From: Promethearchaeota archaeon
GTDB taxonomy: Archaea > Asgardarchaeota > Lokiarchaeia > Sigyniarchaeales > SOKP01
Direction: 5' to 3'
DNA length: 52,014 nt
Assembly (NCBI GenBank): GCA_016930515.1
Contig: JAFGGO010000022.1
Coordinates: 1 to 52,014 of the forward strand
The first letter of the stretch is position 1. Every line of letters begins with the position of its first letter. Made by a program: the position numbers and the translations under genes. Below, piece after piece: positions 47,581-52,014 of this stretch. The notes beneath the pieces are model-generated. The model was given only the letters and a program-made list of their open reading frames with translations. It was not told where the DNA came from and ran no database searches.

Positions 47581-48107
47581 TTCTTTTTAGCCTCCTCTTT
47601 TAATCTTTTTTTTTCCTCTTTTAATCTTTTTTTTTCCTCTTTTTGTTCTTGAATTTTGTGTCTATTTATTGAGAAATCAACGATATCATATAGTCGTAAG
47701 ATTATCGTTAAGAAATACAATCCCAAGTAAACCATGATCATTTGTTGCAAGTTTATATAGACAGAACCTTGTCCAATTACTAAGAACTCTATTTCGAGAG
47801 CACCCGAAAAGCGATAACTCCACACATAAAAACAGTTTAGTATGACCTGAACAAGAGCAAAAATGGCCCTGCGTACCGATTGCGGAGGTGAAGAATACGC
47901 AACGAAGGCGCATCCAGTAATGACTAAACCGAAAGCAAAAACCCAGAACACGATGTTGTTGTATTGAACTTGAGTGAGGGTGATGTCAAAACCAGCAACT
48001 TCCAAGTCTCTAACCCAAGAAAAGGTTAGATATGGAACAATAACGGTAACAACGAGATAAACGAGCATGTAAAAGAAGCCTCTTATTATATTTTTCTTAC
48101 TCTCCAT
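47577..48107 (-). CDS. Hypothetical 4-TM membrane protein
   Basis: Four hydrophobic segments; SD AGGAGG; K/E-rich tail. Confidence 0.75.
   Translation of the reverse strand: MESKKNIIRGFFYMLVYLVVTVIVPYLTFSWVRDLEVAGFDITLTQVQYNNIVFWVFAFGLVITGCAFVAYSSPPQSVRRAIFALVQVILNCFYVWSYRFSGALEIEFLVIGQGSVYINLQQMIMVYLGLYFLTIILRLYDIVDFSINRHKIQEQKEEKKRLKEEKKRLKEEAKKK
47593..47643. repeat. In-frame 21-nt tandem repeat (~2.4 copies) encoding EEKKRLK
   Basis: TCCTCTTTTAATCTTTTTTTT at 47593 and 47614, partial copy at 47635. Confidence 0.85.
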
Positions 48108-48126
48108 ATTAATATCGCCTCCTTAT

Positions 48127-48630
48127 TTAGGGAACCTCATATATTGTTTGGTTAGTAAAAACGGCTCTAAATTCGAGCATGTCAAGCGAATATCGCCCAC
48201 TGAGTGTCATGTCGCCCTTAAACTGCATGCCCGATGTTACAATAAATCCAGATGGGACCTCCACGCCCGTAATATTAAACCAAGTTAATAGATCCCGCCC
48301 ACTTGGGATATTTGGATAATTCTGAGAAACTGATAATATCTCAGTTCCTTCACTGGAACCATTGTAATAAGACATGGAAAGTGAAAAACTCAATCTCGTC
48401 AAGTCAAAATACCCGTCGTTGTTTATGTAAAATTGAATGCTCACTTGCCAGTTATTGGGGTTAGAATCTGAAAAGTCTGGATCTGGAGCGCCCACGAGTT
48501 GTACATTGTTTGGGTTTCCCAAGATATTTACCGCCGAAATTCCAGCAAGCACGGAAACTATCGATAGAGATAGGGTGAAAAAGAGAAGAACTATGGTCAG
48601 AATCAACTTAACAATTCTTGATTTTCTCAT
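48127..48630 (-). CDS. Single-TM-anchored beta-rich extracellular protein (LEA_2/Ig-like)
   Basis: Basic N-terminus plus TM, then beta-strand pattern FYINNDGYFDL; NxS/T sequons. Confidence 0.6.
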   Translation of the reverse strand: MRKSRIVKLILTIVLLFFTLSLSIVSVLAGISAVNILGNPNNVQLVGAPDPDFSDSNPNNWQVSIQFYINNDGYFDLTRLSFSLSMSYYNGSSEGTEILSVSQNYPNIPSGRDLLTWFNITGVEVPSGFIVTSGMQFKGDMTLSGRYSLDMLEFRAVFTNQTIYEVP

Positions 48631-48920
48631 GGTGTTTAACTTATATTATTCTTATATTTAGATTTGTAACATATAAAAACGTTTTTATATTAATATTTAG
48701 GTTTTATTCGATATAAAAAAGATCTCAAGGGAAAAGACCTTTAACTTCAATTTGAAATCGGTAAAACGAATTATAAAAACTATCTCTAATGGTGCAATTT
48801 AATAGTAAAAAACGAATAAGAATCCTTGCGAAATAGTATTGGCTTCAAATCATAATATGTTTATAAAACGAGAATGTGGAAGAAAATAAAAAAAAATTTT
48901 TGGATTTGAGTCCATCAAAT

Positions 48921-51770
48921 TTATTGGACGAAAATGCCTTGTTTTTGCTTGCGCCTTATGAGATACTTTCTCGTTTCGTCGAGTGGAATGATTCCAAAAG
49001 ACCCGATGAAGATTGCAAGCCAATGATACCACTTGTCCATGGGTACTGCGTGAAATGCGATACCCATCGGCGTGTATAGTATTAACAAGTGCAACGCAAA
49101 CGATATTCCAGTTGCCCAGAATAGGTGCTTGTTTGGGAATGACCATAATGGTTTTGTTTCCGAGGTACAGGAAAACACGAAAAACAGTTCGAAAAACACC
49201 ACGTTCGTAAACACTATAGTTTGAACAACCCCGATCTGATACTGTTCTGCCGTGTAAACAATACCCCAAATTTCCGTACCATTTACCAATCGTGGATCAA
49301 AGAAAGGAGATGTTGGATCGGACCAAGCAGGGATCAACACGGACCATGAAACGACATAAAGTGCAACATCTGTAAAAGCAGCGAACACCGCAGCGATGAT
49401 GATGGCTTTCCTGATGTCCTTGATCATGTTAAATCCCTTTCGGGGTTTATATTTCATGACATCTGGATCCGTTGGCGTTAAACCAAGTACCATGGCGGGA
49501 ATTCCGTCCGTTGCAATGTTCAACCAGAGGATTTGGATTGCCTCTAATGGTGAGGCGAGAAAAATGTTAACGGTGACTTTCATCAAGATCCACGCAGATA
49601 GAATTAAGAAAATTTCGTCAAAATTTGCACTCAACATGTATCGAAAGAAGCTTTTAGTCGTTTGGAATATACCACGACCTTCTTCGATTGCGTTCACAAT
49701 GGTGGCATAGTTATCATCTATGAGGATCATGTCTGATGCTTCTTGGGTAACCTCAGTTCCTTTCAAACCCATCGCTACACCAACATTCGCGCCTTTTACC
49801 GCTGGAGCGTCGTTCACACCATCTCCCGTCATCGATACGATATTTTTCATGTTTTTAAGAACTTTCAAGATGCGTAATTTATGTTCCGAAGTGACTCGAG
49901 CAAAAACATCCACATCTTTTAGTTTCTCCGCTAATGTTTCGTCCGTCATCTCCTCTAATTCGGCTCCCGTGATTGCCAATTCTCTGTCTGTTAAACCTAT
50001 TTGCTTGGCGATTGCGATGGCCGTGATTTTGTGGTCTCCCGTGATCATGATAGTTTGAATACCTGCCATTCTCGCTTCCTCTATGGAATCTTTAACCTCG
50101 TCCCTTGCTGGGTCGATAATACCTGCTAAACCGAGATAAACGTAATCTTCTTCCATGTCTTCTTCCGTAAATCCTTCGTTTAACTGCTTGTAAGCTACGC
50201 CCAATACTCTTAAGGCGTTTTTAGCGAACTCTTCGTTTTTAGTTAGTATGGTATTTTTAACTTCACTGATGGGTTTTTCCTGTCCGTCAATGAGTGCTTT
50301 ACTAGCACCATTCAACAATACATCAGGAGCGCCTTTAAGAAGCGAATATTTTTTACCACCCATCTCAACGGCAACCGACATCATCTTCCTGTCAGAACTA
50401 AATGGAACTTCGTTTATCTTGTGTGCCTTGCTTTCTAGTCCCATTTTCATTGCTAAGACTTTAAAACAAATTTCAGTCGGATCTCCAACAACATCCGTAT
50501 TGTTGGTACCATCGTTTCTGAGGTTCACGCTTGAATTGTTGCAAAACATGGCAACTTCCAGGAATCTTTTTAGGTCTGGAGTCATGGCCATGGCTTTATC
50601 GTTGTCCATTATTTTTCCTTCGATAGTATAGCCCACTCCTTCTACATTATATTCCTTACCCCCCAAAAAGATCTTCACGATGGTCATCTCATTTTTCGTC
50701 AAAGTGCCCGTCTTATCAGAACAAATCACATTAACTCTTCCCAAGGTTTCAACTGCAGTTAATGTTTTGACGAGAGCGTTTCTGGCGGCCATCTTTCTCA
50801 TACCAATGCTCATGACGACAGTGATTACAACAACTAATCCTTCTGGAACGGCAGAAACGGCAAGACTGATTGAAATAGTCAAGGCGTCAATGATATCTTC
50901 TATCTCTTCGTCTCCTGGTTTTTCAGTTATGAGTATAATGATAAGCTCTATTATAAAAACCATGAGACAAATGACAATAATGATTTTTCCGAGTTGCTTT
51001 CCAAATCTATCTACTTCTTGTTGGAATGGGCTCTGCTCTGGTTCTTCTTCTTGAATTTTTTCGGCAATCTTACCAATTTCAGTTTCCATTGCAGTTGCAA
51101 ATACGATAGCTTCTCCATTACCACGAGTGATTATTGTGTTGCTGTAGACGGTATTTTTCCTATCGGCAAGCATCGTTTTCTCGTCTACGAGCTTCAAATT
51201 CTTATTTACTGGCTGTGATTCTCCCGTGAGAATGGCTTCGTCGAGATAAAGGGAAAAACATTCAGTTAATCGAGCATCTGCTGGGATTTTATCTCCTTCG
51301 TCAAGTTGAAGGATATCTCCTGGTACGACCTCTCTCACGTGAATCTCCCTGATTTTACCGTCTCTTTTAACTTTTGCAATGCTCGGGGCCATTTTTTTCA
51401 GGCTTTCTAACGCTTTTTCTGCGTTATATTCCTGATAAAATCCCAGCACTGCGTTCAATATGAGTATGACCATTATAACGATGGCGTCCAAGAATTCTGA
51501 TGGTTCTCCGCCTTTCGATAACTCGTAAATACCAACCCCTACAGATATGAGGATGGCACCAAAAAGCAAGTACACGAGAAAGTCCTTGAACTGGTTTATA
51601 AAGATCTGTAACGCCGAAATCTTTTTGGTCTGTATTAACTCGTTGAAACCAAATTTATCTAACCGATTTTCCGCTTCAACCTCAGTTAGCCCAGTTTTTA
51701 AGTTGGTATCTAAATTTTTTACCACGATATCGACATCTAACGAGTGAGGATTCATCTCTTTAATTTCCAT
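48921..51770 (-). CDS. P-type ATPase, type IIA (SERCA/SPCA-like Ca2+ pump)
   Basis: TGES, VPEGL, DKTGT, KGAP, MITGD, TGDGVNDAP, WLNIATDG. Confidence 0.95.
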   Translation of the reverse strand: MEIKEMNPHSLDVDIVVKNLDTNLKTGLTEVEAENRLDKFGFNELIQTKKISALQIFINQFKDFLVYLLFGAILISVGVGIYELSKGGEPSEFLDAIVIMVILILNAVLGFYQEYNAEKALESLKKMAPSIAKVKRDGKIREIHVREVVPGDILQLDEGDKIPADARLTECFSLYLDEAILTGESQPVNKNLKLVDEKTMLADRKNTVYSNTIITRGNGEAIVFATAMETEIGKIAEKIQEEEPEQSPFQQEVDRFGKQLGKIIIVICLMVFIIELIIILITEKPGDEEIEDIIDALTISISLAVSAVPEGLVVVITVVMSIGMRKMAARNALVKTLTAVETLGRVNVICSDKTGTLTKNEMTIVKIFLGGKEYNVEGVGYTIEGKIMDNDKAMAMTPDLKRFLEVAMFCNNSSVNLRNDGTNNTDVVGDPTEICFKVLAMKMGLESKAHKINEVPFSSDRKMMSVAVEMGGKKYSLLKGAPDVLLNGASKALIDGQEKPISEVKNTILTKNEEFAKNALRVLGVAYKQLNEGFTEEDMEEDYVYLGLAGIIDPARDEVKDSIEEARMAGIQTIMITGDHKITAIAIAKQIGLTDRELAITGAELEEMTDETLAEKLKDVDVFARVTSEHKLRILKVLKNMKNIVSMTGDGVNDAPAVKGANVGVAMGLKGTEVTQEASDMILIDDNYATIVNAIEEGRGIFQTTKSFFRYMLSANFDEIFLILSAWILMKVTVNIFLASPLEAIQILWLNIATDGIPAMVLGLTPTDPDVMKYKPRKGFNMIKDIRKAIIIAAVFAAFTDVALYVVSWSVLIPAWSDPTSPFFDPRLVNGTEIWGIVYTAEQYQIGVVQTIVFTNVVFFELFFVFSCTSETKPLWSFPNKHLFWATGISFALHLLILYTPMGIAFHAVPMDKWYHWLAIFIGSFGIIPLDETRKYLIRRKQKQGIFVQ

Positions 51771-52014
51771 AATAATCTCTATTGTTTTTTATTAGATATT
51801 TTTAAAAAATTTAGTTTATACGCTTTAAAAGAATGATTAAAATAAGATTTTTTGGTTTTTAGATATTAGCCTAGACTAAATTTCTCCTATTAAATAATAA
51901 TTTATTTTAATAGAAGGCATAAAATAAATGCATTCGTTGGTATATTTCTTATTTGGTTTGTTAGTTCCACGAAATTTTTATCAATAAATTTTATAGTCTC
52001 TATAAAAAAAGCCT

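Overview
AT-rich archaeal chromosomal segment. Gene content points to an Asgard archaeon, probably Lokiarchaeia: a Rab-like GTPase, a longin-Arf-type GTPase paired with a roadblock protein, a UBA3/UBA2-like E1, a ubiquitin-conjugating E2, a GPN-loop GTPase and an intron-containing archaeal tRNA-Tyr. The left end (1-8.3 kb) is a surface-glycosylation cluster (two GT2 genes, GNAT, PIG-L deacetylase, two NDP-sugar epimerases, a putative GT-C membrane protein). The rest mixes housekeeping genes (aspartate kinase, N-acetylornithine carbamoyltransferase, Xaa-Pro peptidase, DRE-TIM synthase, P-type Ca2+-ATPase) with eukaryote-like or uncharacterised modules. Main points of interest: (1) two GTPase genes that appear to start at ATT codons behind strong SD motifs; (2) a 1655-aa protein of about 14 MIT/TPR-like units directly upstream of the E1; (3) an E2 with a Cdc34/Ubc7-length loop; (4) a split Cwh43/PGAP2IP-like membrane plus EEP gene pair; (5) a candidate ~150-nt structured RNA with its own promoter, antisense to a small hydrophobic ORF; (6) an IFT52/GIFT-like protein; (7) a 7TM protein translationally coupled to a small partner; (8) an unannotated 52-aa zinc-finger microprotein. 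No CRISPR array, rRNA or transposase was seen. All family assignments come from motif recognition by eye, not database searches.
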